Made by a program: the position numbers and the translations under genes | The notes under the pieces: generated by a model | Database searches by the model: none | What the model saw: the letters and a program-made list of their open reading frames with translations, nothing else | Told to the model about the DNA's origin: nothing | Assembly (NCBI GenBank): GCA_050084985.1 | Contig: JBITNC010000001.1 | Span: 152,892,001-152,956,000 of the forward strand | DNA: 64,000 nucleotides | Source of the DNA: Nageia nagi | Lineage: Eukaryota; Plantae; Pinophyta | Reading direction: 5' to 3' | Part shown: positions 11,701-23,043 of the stretch, one piece after another | Position numbering within the stretch: the stretch's first letter is position 1 | How the letters are laid out: the number at the start of each line of letters is the position of its first letter

Positions 11701-12631
11701 TGAAATCATCCAAGAGTGCATATCCAAACTGAAGGCAACATTTGAAATGACTGATCTAGGTCTATTGCATTACTATCTTGGAATGCAAGTATACCAACAC
11801 AAAAATTGTACTTATCTTAGTCAATCTAAGTATATATCATACATCTTGCAAAAGTTTGGAATGGAGGAGTGTAGATATGCTGCAATACCTATTTCTCCTA
11901 GAATCATTGTATCACTGAGCTTAGATTCTCAATTGGCTGATGCTATAGCTTATAGGCAATTGATCAATAGTCTTCTATATCTGACTATCTGTCATCCTGA
12001 TATTGCCTTTGCAGTGAATCTGATGGCATGATTCATGTAAATACCATATGTTGAACACCTCAATGCTATGAAGCAAATCTTGAGGTATGTGGTAGGGACA
12101 AAGGATCTTGCTCTTAAGTATTCCAAAGTGCCCTCGATTATTCTCTTAGGATTCTCAGATTCTGATTATGGGGGAGATAGAGATGATAGAAAATCAACCT
12201 CTGCATATGTGTTCAGCATTGGTTTAGGTGCTATCTCTTGGGCTTCCAAGAAGCAACCTACTGTGACTCTTTCTACCACTGAAGCTGAATATCGAGCCAT
12301 GTCTGTTGCCACCCAAGAAGCTATTTGGCTGAGGCATCTTTTGAACAAAATTGGGTATAAGCAAAATGGCCTATCTCTTATTTCTTCTGATAATCAATTA
12401 GCTATCTCTTTGGCTAAGAATCCTATGTTCCATCAAAGAACTAAACATGTGGAAATCCAAGCCCATTTTATCAGGGAGAAGGTTCTAGATGACATCATAC
12501 ACTTGGAGTATTGTCCATCTACTGAAAAATCTGCTGATATATTCACTAAGCCCCTTCCTAAAGCTCAATTCAGCAAGCTTAGGGATTCTCTCAGGTTGGT
12601 GAAGTTGCCCTCAAGGGGGAGTGAAGTTTGA
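8735..12631 (+). pseudogene. Copia gag-pol polyprotein, single frame with about ten premature stops
   Basis: ORFs at 8735, 10100, 10568, 10934, 11648 and 12068 share one frame. Zinc knuckle CNFCGIFGHKEYDC, protease WIVDSGCTNHM, integrase [27 protein letters not shown] and LYVDDLL, RNase H FSDSDYGG, SDNQLAI, ADIFTK. Confidence 0.97.
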
Positions 12632-12677
12632 ACTTTTGTTAGTGATGATAACTTCACCTCTAAGAGGCCTTTTTTGA

Positions 12678-13186
12678 TTGTACATTCTAGACCTCCATGG
12701 TAAGTTTGCTCTGCATGACAAACTTGTTGTACAATTGTTGTTATAGAGTGTTGATTATTTTATACCTCCATGGTAAGTTTGTTCTGCATGACAAACTTGT
12801 TATACATTTTATACCTCCATGGTGAGTTTGCTCTATGTGAGAAACTCATTGTACAATTTTTGAGCATATAATTAATATAACTCCGTGGTAAGTTCACTTT
12901 GCATGATGAACTTGTTGTACATTTTATACCTCCATGGTGAGTTTGCTCTACTTGAGAAACTTGTTGTACAATTTTTATGCTCTATACCTCCGTGGTGAGT
13001 TTGCTCTACGTGAGAAACTTGTTGTACAATTTTTGAGCATATAATTAATATACCTTCGTGGTAAGTTCACTCTGCATGACAAACTTGTTATACATTCTAT
13101 ACCTCCATAGTGAGTTTGCTCTATGTGAGAAACTCATTGTACAATTTTTATGCTCTATTAATAATCAACACATGTCTATATACAAT
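12678..13186 (+). repeat. Tandem array of eight ~43 bp hairpin units with short linkers in the copia 3' UTR
   Basis: Unit ACCTCCRTGGTRAGTT...AACTYRTTRTACA starts at 12691, 12764, 12813, 12879, 12928, 12986, 13052 and 13101. Units 3-5 and 6-8 form a 173 bp higher-order repeat. Confidence 0.95.
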
Positions 13187-13608
13187 AGGTGACTATGAGT
13201 GATGGATTGACATCTCCGTGATGACTTATAGTGCACCATTAATCAGTTATTTATAAGATGGCATTATTTGATTCTCTTATTTGAATATATGATGCATCTA
13301 ACTAATTTTGTTCATGAGTTGCTTGTAGTATGCAGGATCTACTTCAGAAATGTAGGTTGCTCACCTTGTGAAAGCAAGCTCATGGAGACTCACATGTCAG
13401 CTTAAAGTTGATCGACTACTATGTACAGTGAAACTAATGATTGTATTGTAAACCATTTTTTCAAATGGTAATGTAGTGATTCTCATACTAGTTCTTAAAA
13501 AGATTCTTAAATATGTAAATGTTCTCATCTCCACTTGTATCTTTATAGTGGAGAACTCTCTCTTACTCTCTCTCTTCTTTCTTCTACACTCTATCCCAAT
13601 ATTGCATT

Positions 13609-13617
13609 AAGGGGGAG
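13609..13617 (+). promoter_or_regulatory. Polypurine tract of the copia element
   Basis: AAGGGGGAG immediately before the TG of the 3' LTR. Confidence 0.9.
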
Positions 13618-13961
13618 TGTTAGAATTTGTAATGAAATATTGTGAATATCTAAACTCCTTGTAAGTTCAATTAATCACTTAAAGGATATGTAGATACCTT
13701 AAGGGATTAATTGAATTCTTTATTATGTGTAGACTTTGACCTAACCATGGGGTTAGTTGATAGGTTAAAGTTAGGTCACACATTTATTGTAACCCTAACC
13801 TTACCCTTGGGTTAAAGGGAGGTTAGGGAGGTGCTTTCAAGCTATAAATAGAGGGCCTCTCCTCTTGTAACATATCTAAGTTTTTGGAGTAACATTACTC
13901 TACTAGTTTGTGTAGGAGAGAGGAAGAGAATAGTTGTAAGCGGGGCATACTTGAGAATTGA
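13618..13961 (+). repeat. Copia 3' LTR, truncated (last ~130 bp missing)
   Basis: Identity to the 5' LTR stops after GAGAATTGA. No terminal CA or TSD follows. Confidence 0.93.
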
Positions 13962-15948
13962 AATTTTCTTATAAAAAAGAGAGGAGAAGGTGAAGCTTTT
14001 TATGAAAGCCTTATTGTTGAAGGTATGTATTATTATGGAGGCATACATGGTGAATTATTTCTTTTAGAGTGAGAATATGTTGAAAAGAAAGATTGTGTTG
14101 ATAAATATCTTGTAGGAATAGCATGCTTAGAAAGTATTTATATTGCCCATAAGGATAATGAATTTCTCATTGAAAAGATACACCTTCAAGTTGTAGAGGA
14201 GGATATATCATCTCATCCTTTTGTTGAAGAGTGCTACATGGAAGAGGATTGGTCTTCCCAAGTTGAAGACCACCAAGATGAGGTGGTTGATGAATATCTC
14301 ATTGAAGAGACAAGTATTTAAGATTCATTCTATGAGAATGTTTGCATGTTTGAAGACCACTCTAAAGTGTATGAATACCACAAAGATGAGGTGGATGCAA
14401 ATTATCTCATGGAGGATGGACAAGATCAAAATTTTTATGATGGAGTATATCTCATGGATGACCAAATTTGAAGGATATTTATGTGATGAATCCATATAGA
14501 TTCTCATGGAGAAGTGTTATTTTTTGGTTACAACCCACTTAGATGTAATGGAATAATATTAATTTGGAATGATATAATATGATCAACTAGATTTAAGATT
14601 TGGGAGTTGATTACCCATATGTTAGAGTTCCTCTAAAGGGGGGAGAAAAGTTAAGAAGGAGAAACCCTTATGATGTAGTATTTATTTCTTGAAGAACATT
14701 CACATTGGATGGATGGATATTGTAAAACTCACTCATTTGGATTGAATGATGATTATAGTAGAGAGGAAATATGGGATAATGATCAAAGAGAGATAATATA
14801 TGAAGAGGATATGAAGAATATATGTTTCATGCTCAATGGAGAATCTCACTCATAAAGAATGAAGGATTTATTCTATGAAGAGAAGAGCACATGACACTAT
14901 CTCATTTCGGAGGAGAAATATGCAATAACAAATGAGATAGAGAATGAATATATAACCAAGGTTTGTGAAATTCAAATTATCATATCTATGAAGGAATCAA
15001 TTATTGGAAAATAATATCACTCATAAATAGTGAAGAGTATTTTGTATGAGCAAGACTATCTCAAGGGGGGATAGAACATAGTGAGATAGTCACTCATGGA
15101 CTTCATGGTGTAATGGAGGAATTGTAAAAGGAAATTGAGAGATGTATTGAAGAGGTAATTGTGGATGAATATCACTCACTTGGAGTGATAACAAAGAATT
15201 AACTTGAAGAGGAAACATTTTGAAAAGAGGAATTATAGGAGTTCCTTACTATATTTAAAGAAATAGTTGCTTCAAGATTAACATGGGATCCTATTAAACA
15301 AATAACCATTGGAGGTAAAACATTATTATTTTTATTTTATTGACTAATGATACTAATGATTATTTGTTGATTATATGTTTGAAGGATAGCTATAAGGCCA
15401 TTATGAATGAAGAATATGGTGTATGTCTTATCAAGGCATCACTTGAAGATTGTCTCATGGAGACAATATTGCTAATGATTATTCCTTGGTTGAAGAAAAT
15501 GAAGGAAAGATTGGGTCACTTGAACTCAAAGATATTTGTATGGTTTAATCATCTATGTGTGATGGTTAATTATTATGCAAACACCACTTGGGAAGAAATG
15601 TGTACAAATATGAGAGAATATGAGCAAGAATGGTTGTTAAGAACCATTACCATTGGCATTAATGTAATGCCAATACAAGAACCTTTTAATGAGGGGGGAT
15701 TTTCTCATCAAAATGAGGCACTCATTTATTTACAAGAAGGAGAAGCATCAGGGATGGAGGAGATCCTAAACTAAAGGTTGAAGGAGTGCCAATGTGAATA
15801 TTTTGTGTTGTTTGCTTTCTTGTTGAAAAATTGGAGGAAATGAAAAAGATTAAGTTTCTTCTAATTTTTTATTCTTCAAGACTTATGAAAAATTCCCTTC
15901 ATCATCAAGGGGGAGAATGTTGGAAATAGAGCTCAATCAAAGACCATT
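13962..15948 (+). mobile_element. 3' part of a non-autonomous LTR element (acidic decayed ORF, PPT, start of LTR)
   Basis: E/D-rich degenerate frame, PPT AAGGGGGAGAA at 15907-15917, then TGTTGG. 15680-15925 resembles the reverse complement of 51420-51680. Confidence 0.65.
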
Positions 15949-18382
15949 TTTTATGTACCTCAAATTTCCTTTCTTCCTCTAGTTAGAATTCATGTATGAG
16001 TCATATTTTCAAATTGGTATTGTGCTTATCAATATGATTTTTATAAATTGTAAGGGTATAAGGTATTATGTGGATGACTTATTAGTTTAAAATTCTTATC
16101 TTTCCTAGGTAATTATGGTGTAATTATTTAAAAAAAGTTTATTTTATATGCAAAAGAAAAATAAATTTTTTGTTAGAGTTTTTAAATAAAATATTATATG
16201 TCAATATTTTGTTATTTCCTAACCTAAATAGCTAAGGTTCTTGTTACCTAAATCCTAGCTAAGTTGAATACCTTACTTGACTAAACATTATAAGAATAGT
16301 TTTATTTTGGTGGAGGGGTAATGTTTTATTTTAATGGTGTAAACCCTTTAGAGATTATATTTGAGGCATCCATTGAATGTTGATTAAGGACAATGAACAT
16401 ATTTTATCCACCATTGAAACTTCCATGTGGTCAAAGATTAGGCTATCAATTTTAACCTAGGGCTTCTCAAAAATGTTCTTGAGAAGAAAAACATTCCTCA
16501 TTATTGCAAGGGTTTTATTTCAATTCATGGCCATAATATGTAGTGATTCCATCATTTCTTGATAGGTTTTGTAGTGGTATGAGTTTTTTTAGCCATGACT
16601 TTTGTTAACATGATGAATAGAGGGGTTTACTTTGCCAATTTTTTACACTATTTTAAACTACTTACTGCAAATCATGGAGATATCCATTTTGAGGGGCACC
16701 TATACTATGCATCATGGGTGGTTTTTTATCCTTGTTTATCAACCATTTTAGAAATGATCTACCCCTATTTGATGGTACCTTGATGTACACCTTCAAGGAA
16801 ATTTGGAAACCCATTAGTGGTCTATTAGTGGAGTTCTAGTAGTTGTTGTGTGGTTACCTAAACATAGTTGATTTCTTCCCCTAACATGGGATTTAAATTG
16901 GTTTGCTATATGTTTTCCTATAAGTGGGACTCTCTATTCTTTCTATTTTTCAAATGTTAACTAAGATTTTCTTTGGCATATATTTTATGTTTTGCATTTG
17001 GTTTCTACATTAGAAAGGGCATAAGTAAAGTATGATTTTCATTTTAAAATATATGATTTATATATGTTTAAATCAAAATCCATATGTTATTTTCTCTCTA
17101 TTTTATGGGAGTATTAATAATTTCATTGATATATGGATATTGCATTTATTGATCCTTTCATTATATATTTTTTAGGGTTGTATATTTGGAATGTTAGTTT
17201 TAAAATAGGAAATAGTTACAGGGTTCTCTAGTCTTAACTATAGCTAGAAACTCTTAAACATTAGCCAAACTCAATGAACCATTATGACATTACAAACCTA
17301 GAATATGAACCAAATGCTCCATAAAATTATTCTTTAGATTTAACTTATGAATATTAGAGATTATCTAACTCTAAATAAATTGAACCTAAAACCTATTTCA
17401 AACTATTGACATGTTTTGTTTCTTGTGTATACTTAGTTTTATTTTATGAATACAAATATATGCAAATTTTGATACATATATTGTTATTTGAAAACCCCCC
17501 TTACTAATATATGTAATATATCTAACCACACATAAATGTTTATTTGGTTAAGAACAAGTACAAAGGTAGCAATCAAAAGATGAACTAAGTTTGATATAGT
17601 CAATGTTATAGCTATGAGGTTATTGATTTTTGGATAATATTTTCAATTAGATGTTGTAGTAGTTTATTTTGTTTAAGAAGATTTATGATATATATTTTTC
17701 TTTCTACTCTTTGACTCAAAATAATCATTTGAAAAGGCTAGTATTATTTTAAAGTAAATGAGAAATACAAAAACAATATGTAAATAGATTTCAATAAATA
17801 ATTATTTAGATTTAGACAAATGATATCCCCATCACTCTAAAATTAGTTGAGAATGATATGTTTATCTTAACAAGAAGTAACTAATAAAATTAAGGTAATT
17901 ATGTAATCACTATCTCAATTTGAACATGATATGAAGTGTTAAGATCCAAAATTTGTAGAGATGTATTTGAAAGATCTTATGGTTATGATAATCCAACCTA
18001 TATAGGAAGGAGAAGATATTGAAAGGATGTTAAATATGAAAGTTATGTACTAGGGTTCCATAAGAATGAAATATTTAAAATAAAACCATAGATGGACTTG
18101 AACCAAAAGTAATAAAAATCTATAAAGATTGAAATACTTCAACTTGATCCTAATGATTGGGTAAGTAGTATATATTTTGCTTAAAAGTTTTTTGTATTTG
18201 CAGCACTACCTTCAATGGTAAAACTATTTTTAGTCCTCACATCTTGAAAATTCATATTGTATGTAATCTATTAGCAAGGTGACTCATGTAAAATAAATAA
18301 ATAAAAAATTGTTGTTACCTTTTATGATGAAATTGATAACTAGATGAGTTTATTTTGGAAAGTAAATTGTTGGTATCTTACA
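15949..18382 (+). repeat. 5' LTR of the Tekay-like element
   Basis: Colinear with 23044-25535; ends GGTATCTTACA before the PBS. About 22 differences in one sampled 175 bp stretch. Confidence 0.9.
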
Positions 18383-18458
18383 TATGGTATTAGATCCCTA
18401 ACAATTAATCCTATTACCTATAAACCTAAGATGCTCAATTTGTTCTTATTAAATAATA

Positions 18459-21400
18459 ATGGTTGAAACTCAAAGGGGAATAGGTAGTAATTAAGGCCAA
18501 GGTGGTTACAGAGGTAGAGAAAGGGGAAGAGGTAAGGGTATAACTAATATCACAATCCAAACTCTAAAATTATTCAATCCAATCATAGCCCACATGTTGA
18601 TCAACTTATTAAAAGTGGTTATCAAGAAAATGAAAATGGTGTTCCCTTGGAAGTAATCATAGGATAAATGAGGAAACAAATTGAGAAGAATTAATAATTA
18701 ATATCCAATATTCAATATGTTCCAACTAGGATAGAGGAAATTTTATCTAATGACCCTTTAGCTGAATAGAGGGAACATGTAACTGTCAAGTTAGCTAAGG
18801 AAATAAGATAGTTTCAAGTGTCCAAATTTAATGATAATAATGTAGAGGAAGTTGAAGGTTGGTTAAATCAACTAGAGGTACATTTTACCATAAAAGGGTA
18901 TGGAACTTTTACAAAAAGCTTTATTAAGTTTGTAGTAAAATGGTGGAATACATATCTATCAAGTGTTGGGATACAAATAATTAATATAAGTTGCCTCAAA
19001 TTTGTTAGTTTTTTCAAAGAAAGGTATCTTTCCAACTAATTCTATGTGGAAAGGCAAAATGAATTTCTACATCTTGAGTAGAAAAATCTATTAATGGAGG
19101 CTTACTACTAGTAGTTTATTAATATCCTTAAAAAGGATATTAATCTTCATGACCCACTTTTAAAAATGATGAAAAACTTAAGACCCAAAGGTTTATTTTG
19201 GGACTTGAAACTAGAATGCTATTAATCTTCATGACCCAATAACTATCCAAAGGGCATTCAATCTAATTAAAAGAGGAGATATGAATTAGGTTTCAAGAAG
19301 GGCTACTTCTAAACTTTTTAGGGTTACTAAAGTTGAACAAAAAAAAGATGACAAGAAGAAAACTCCAAGATAGTTACATTGGTATGAGAATTAAAAGAAG
19401 AACCACAATGAAGAGAAAAAGGGGAAAAACAATGAAAATAAGTTTACAAGGAGGAATGCTCAAGATAATTAGTATAATCATGCTACAAAAAGGAATAGGC
19501 CAAATCTTGCTAAGATCAATAATGAGCAAAAGAGACCCAATCCAAATAAACCCACTTTTCTTAAAAATGGATGCTATCATTATGGATGAAAATATTATAT
19601 GTATTAGTTTCTATATAAGGAAGAATACAAGGGAGAATTTTCTATTTCCATAGAGAATCATTGCATCAATACCACTACTAATTAGTAGATAGGGGAAAAT
19701 CAAGCCACTTCACTTGTTCTTGTAGGTATTATCCATAGTAAAAATGTTTCTATCTTAATTGATTATGGAGCAACTAAAAGTTTTATTTCTTCCTACTTTT
19801 TGCATAAATTACTATCAAAACCTATTAAAATGCATTAGCTATGAAATGTAGAGTTTGCTTTAGGGAAAATTTGTAAACTAAGATAATATCTACCTGATGT
19901 GGAATTTTTATTACTTGATCATGAAACAAAGATACATTTGCATGTGGTGCCACTTCCATCATATGAAATTATTTTGGGTTTAGATTGGTTATACCATATC
20001 AAAGTTGAGTTAGATTTTCCTAAAAGGACTATTAATCTTACATTGTGTCAAAAACATTTTAGTGTACATCCATTAGTAGCCTTATAGTTTATTAAAGCTG
20101 CCAAGAAAAATTATCAATTATTTATTGTACAACTTCATGAAAAAGAACAAGTATATGAAATTAACCATTTTTTTCATATATTTCTTAAAGATTTTATGGA
20201 TAGTTTTCTTGATGAGCTTCTTGGTATGTCACCAATTAGAAATTTTGATTTTTAAATTGAGTTAATTCTAGGTGCTAAACCTATAACTCAAAATCCTTAT
20301 CATATGATTATTCTGTAAATGCAAGAACTAAAACTATAGCTTTAAGATTTGATAGATAAAGGGTTAATCAAACCTAGTGTGTCACCATGGGGTAGAGTAA
20401 TACTATTTTTTAAGAAAAAGGATGGCACCATGGGGTAGGTTAATCAAACCTAGTGTGTCACCATGGGGTAGGGTAATACTATTTTTTAAGAAAAAGGATG
20501 GCACCATGAGACTTTACATTTATTATAGGATGTTGAATAAGTTGATGATCAAAAATCAATATCCCCTTCCAAGAATAGATTATCTTTTTGACTAGTTGAA
20601 AGATGCAACATTTTTCTCTAAAATAGAACTAAGGTTTGGATATCATCAAATTAGAATCAAAGACTAGGATACTTTTAAGAGAACCTTTAAAACTTGATAT
20701 GGTCATTATGAGTTTACTATATTGCCTTTTGGTTTAACAAATGCACCATCAACATTTATGAATTTCATGAATAGTGTATTCAAAGATTATTTAGATAAAT
20801 TTATCTTAATATTTTGAGATTACATTATGATCTACTCATAGAATATGGAGGAGCATGAGCAACACTTAAGATTGATACTAGAAATCCTTAGGAATAATTT
20901 AATTTATGGTAAATTGTCCAAATGTGAGTTCTTTTCTTCACAAGTATAATATTTGAGTCATATCATTTATGTTTATGTCTTGGTAGTTGATCCAAAAATG
21001 TGAAATCATTTATGAGTTGATCAACCTCATAGAATATATTAGAAATTTATAGTTTTATGGATCTAGCTAGTTATTACCATAAACTTTTAAAGGATTTTTC
21101 AAAATTAGCTTATCTAATAACTCAATTACAATGAAAACACAAAAAATTCATATGAAATGATAAGTGTGAAACAACCTTCCACTTGCTAAAATAAAATCTA
21201 ACTTTAGCACTATTTTAAATCTACTTAATACTATTAAAGATTTTACAATTTGCATAGATGCTTGCATCAAAGGTTTAGGTAGTGTTCTTATGCAAAAGTT
21301 CTAGTTGTAGTTTATGAGTCACACAAACTCAAGGACCATGAAAGAAATTACACCACTCATAATCTATAACTTGCAATAGTAGTGCATGCCCTTAAAATGT

Positions 21401-22975
21401 GGCATCATTATCTTCTTGATAAACCTTTTTATTTGAAAATTGATCATCATAATATTCAATATTTTTTACCCAACCATTACATAATGCTAAAAAATGTCAT
21501 TATATGTAATTCTTAGTTGATTATGATATGAAAATTAATTTCATAAAAAGGTAGAGAAAATAAGGTGGCTAATGCTCTCAACAAGAGAAGACATGCTTTA
21601 ACTTCCATTTCTAGCTATAAGCCTAATTTGAACGATAGACTTTTCAATTTTCAAAAGAAGATACTTTCTATATAAATCAAAAAGAGAGAATTCATCAAGG
21701 TTTACAAGAAGTTTTTCAATTAAATATGATGGACTATTGTATTTTGGTAATAGATTAGTCATACCTTTATAAGGAAATTTAAGGAAGAAAATCATGTACT
21801 AATTTCATTATACCCCATTTTCTACTCACCCAAGAATAAATAAGATGAGAGAAAATGTTAGAATATAATAGTATTGGAGGGGCATAAAGAGGGACATAGT
21901 GGAATATATGACAAAATGCTTTGAATGTTAAAAGGTAATGAAAAAAGAATTAGACCCAACATGGAGTTTATATCCTCTTGAATTCCTTCTTAGAAATGAG
22001 TTTATATCATGATTCTATCTTCATAGTGGTAGATAGACTTACAAAGGTTTCTCATTTTATAATAGGTAACACTATAGATGGAGTAATGGTTATAGCTAGA
22101 AAATTTATGAGAGAAATTTTTAGGCTTCATAGCTTTCTTGAAAGTATTATATTTAATAGGAATAGTAAGTTTACATCAGACTTTTGGCAAGCTTTACATA
22201 AATAGGTAGGAACTAAATTAAAATTTAGCACTACTTATCATCCAAAAATTGGTGGGTAGACTAAAAGAGTTAACCAAATTTTAGAAGATATGCTTAGAAT
22301 GTTCTACATGAACACTCCTACCAAGGGGGAAGACTATCTTCATTTAGTTGAATTTTCCTATGATAATTCTTTTCAAAAATCACTTAAAATGGCTCCATTT
22401 GAAGCTCTTTATGGACAAAAATATTGAATGCCTTTGTCATAGGATAGTCTTGATGCTAGATTAACTATGGAAACTGGCTTACTAAAAGATATGGAAGCAC
22501 AACTAAAAGTAATCAAGGAAAAATTGAAAGAAGCCTCAAATAGGCATAAAAGTTTAGTATATCTCAAATAAAATCCCAAAGATTTTAATGTTAGAGATTA
22601 GGTATTTCTAAGAGTTAAACCTCAAAAAAGTTCAATTAAATCATACAAGTTAGCTTCAAGGTTTGTTAAACCTTTTTCCATCCTATAGAAGTTTAATACA
22701 ATTTATTATAAACTAGAACTTCCTACAAGTTTAGCAAAGAAACATAATATTTTTCATGTATCTCTATTGAAAGCTTATGTACCTAATCAAACTTGTGTTT
22801 GGGACATAGACAAACTTTAGTTGGCATATTGTTTATTCTTTGAAGTGAAACCTATGAAAATTTTGGATTTTTCTCAAGAGTGCTTACAAATCATGAAATC
22901 AATGAATGTTTAGTCCAATTATCAGTATTCTCAAATGAATGCAACCTAGGAGGATGAAACTACCATGAAATAATA
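18459..22975 (+). pseudogene. Ty3 gag-pol, heavily frameshifted
   Basis: Protease LIDYGATKSFIS (~19756), [30 protein letters not shown] (~20700), RNase H remnants (~21240-21590), integrase VVDRLTKVSHFI and NSKFTSDFW, chromodomain remnant near 22900. Confidence 0.92.
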
Positions 22976-23043
22976 ATTTTTTGATTTGTTCTCTGCTAAT
23001 AATACCAACATCCAAGATAATATCTATGATTAGAGGGGAAGCA

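Larger units (their letters stand above)
5087..13961 (+). mobile_element. Ty1/copia LTR retrotransposon, near full length, 3' LTR truncated
   Basis: Matching LTRs at 5087 and 13618 (TGTTAGAATTTGTAATG...), PBS, gag-PR-IN-RT-RH order, PPT. Confidence 0.97.

Noticed and set aside
9044-12348. Antisense and alternate-frame ORFs within the copia pol
   Set aside because: Shadow ORFs of the gag-pol frame.
12678-13186. CRISPR-like repeat-spacer appearance
   Set aside because: Linkers are short, recurrent and not unique spacers; there are no cas genes; the context is a eukaryotic retrotransposon.
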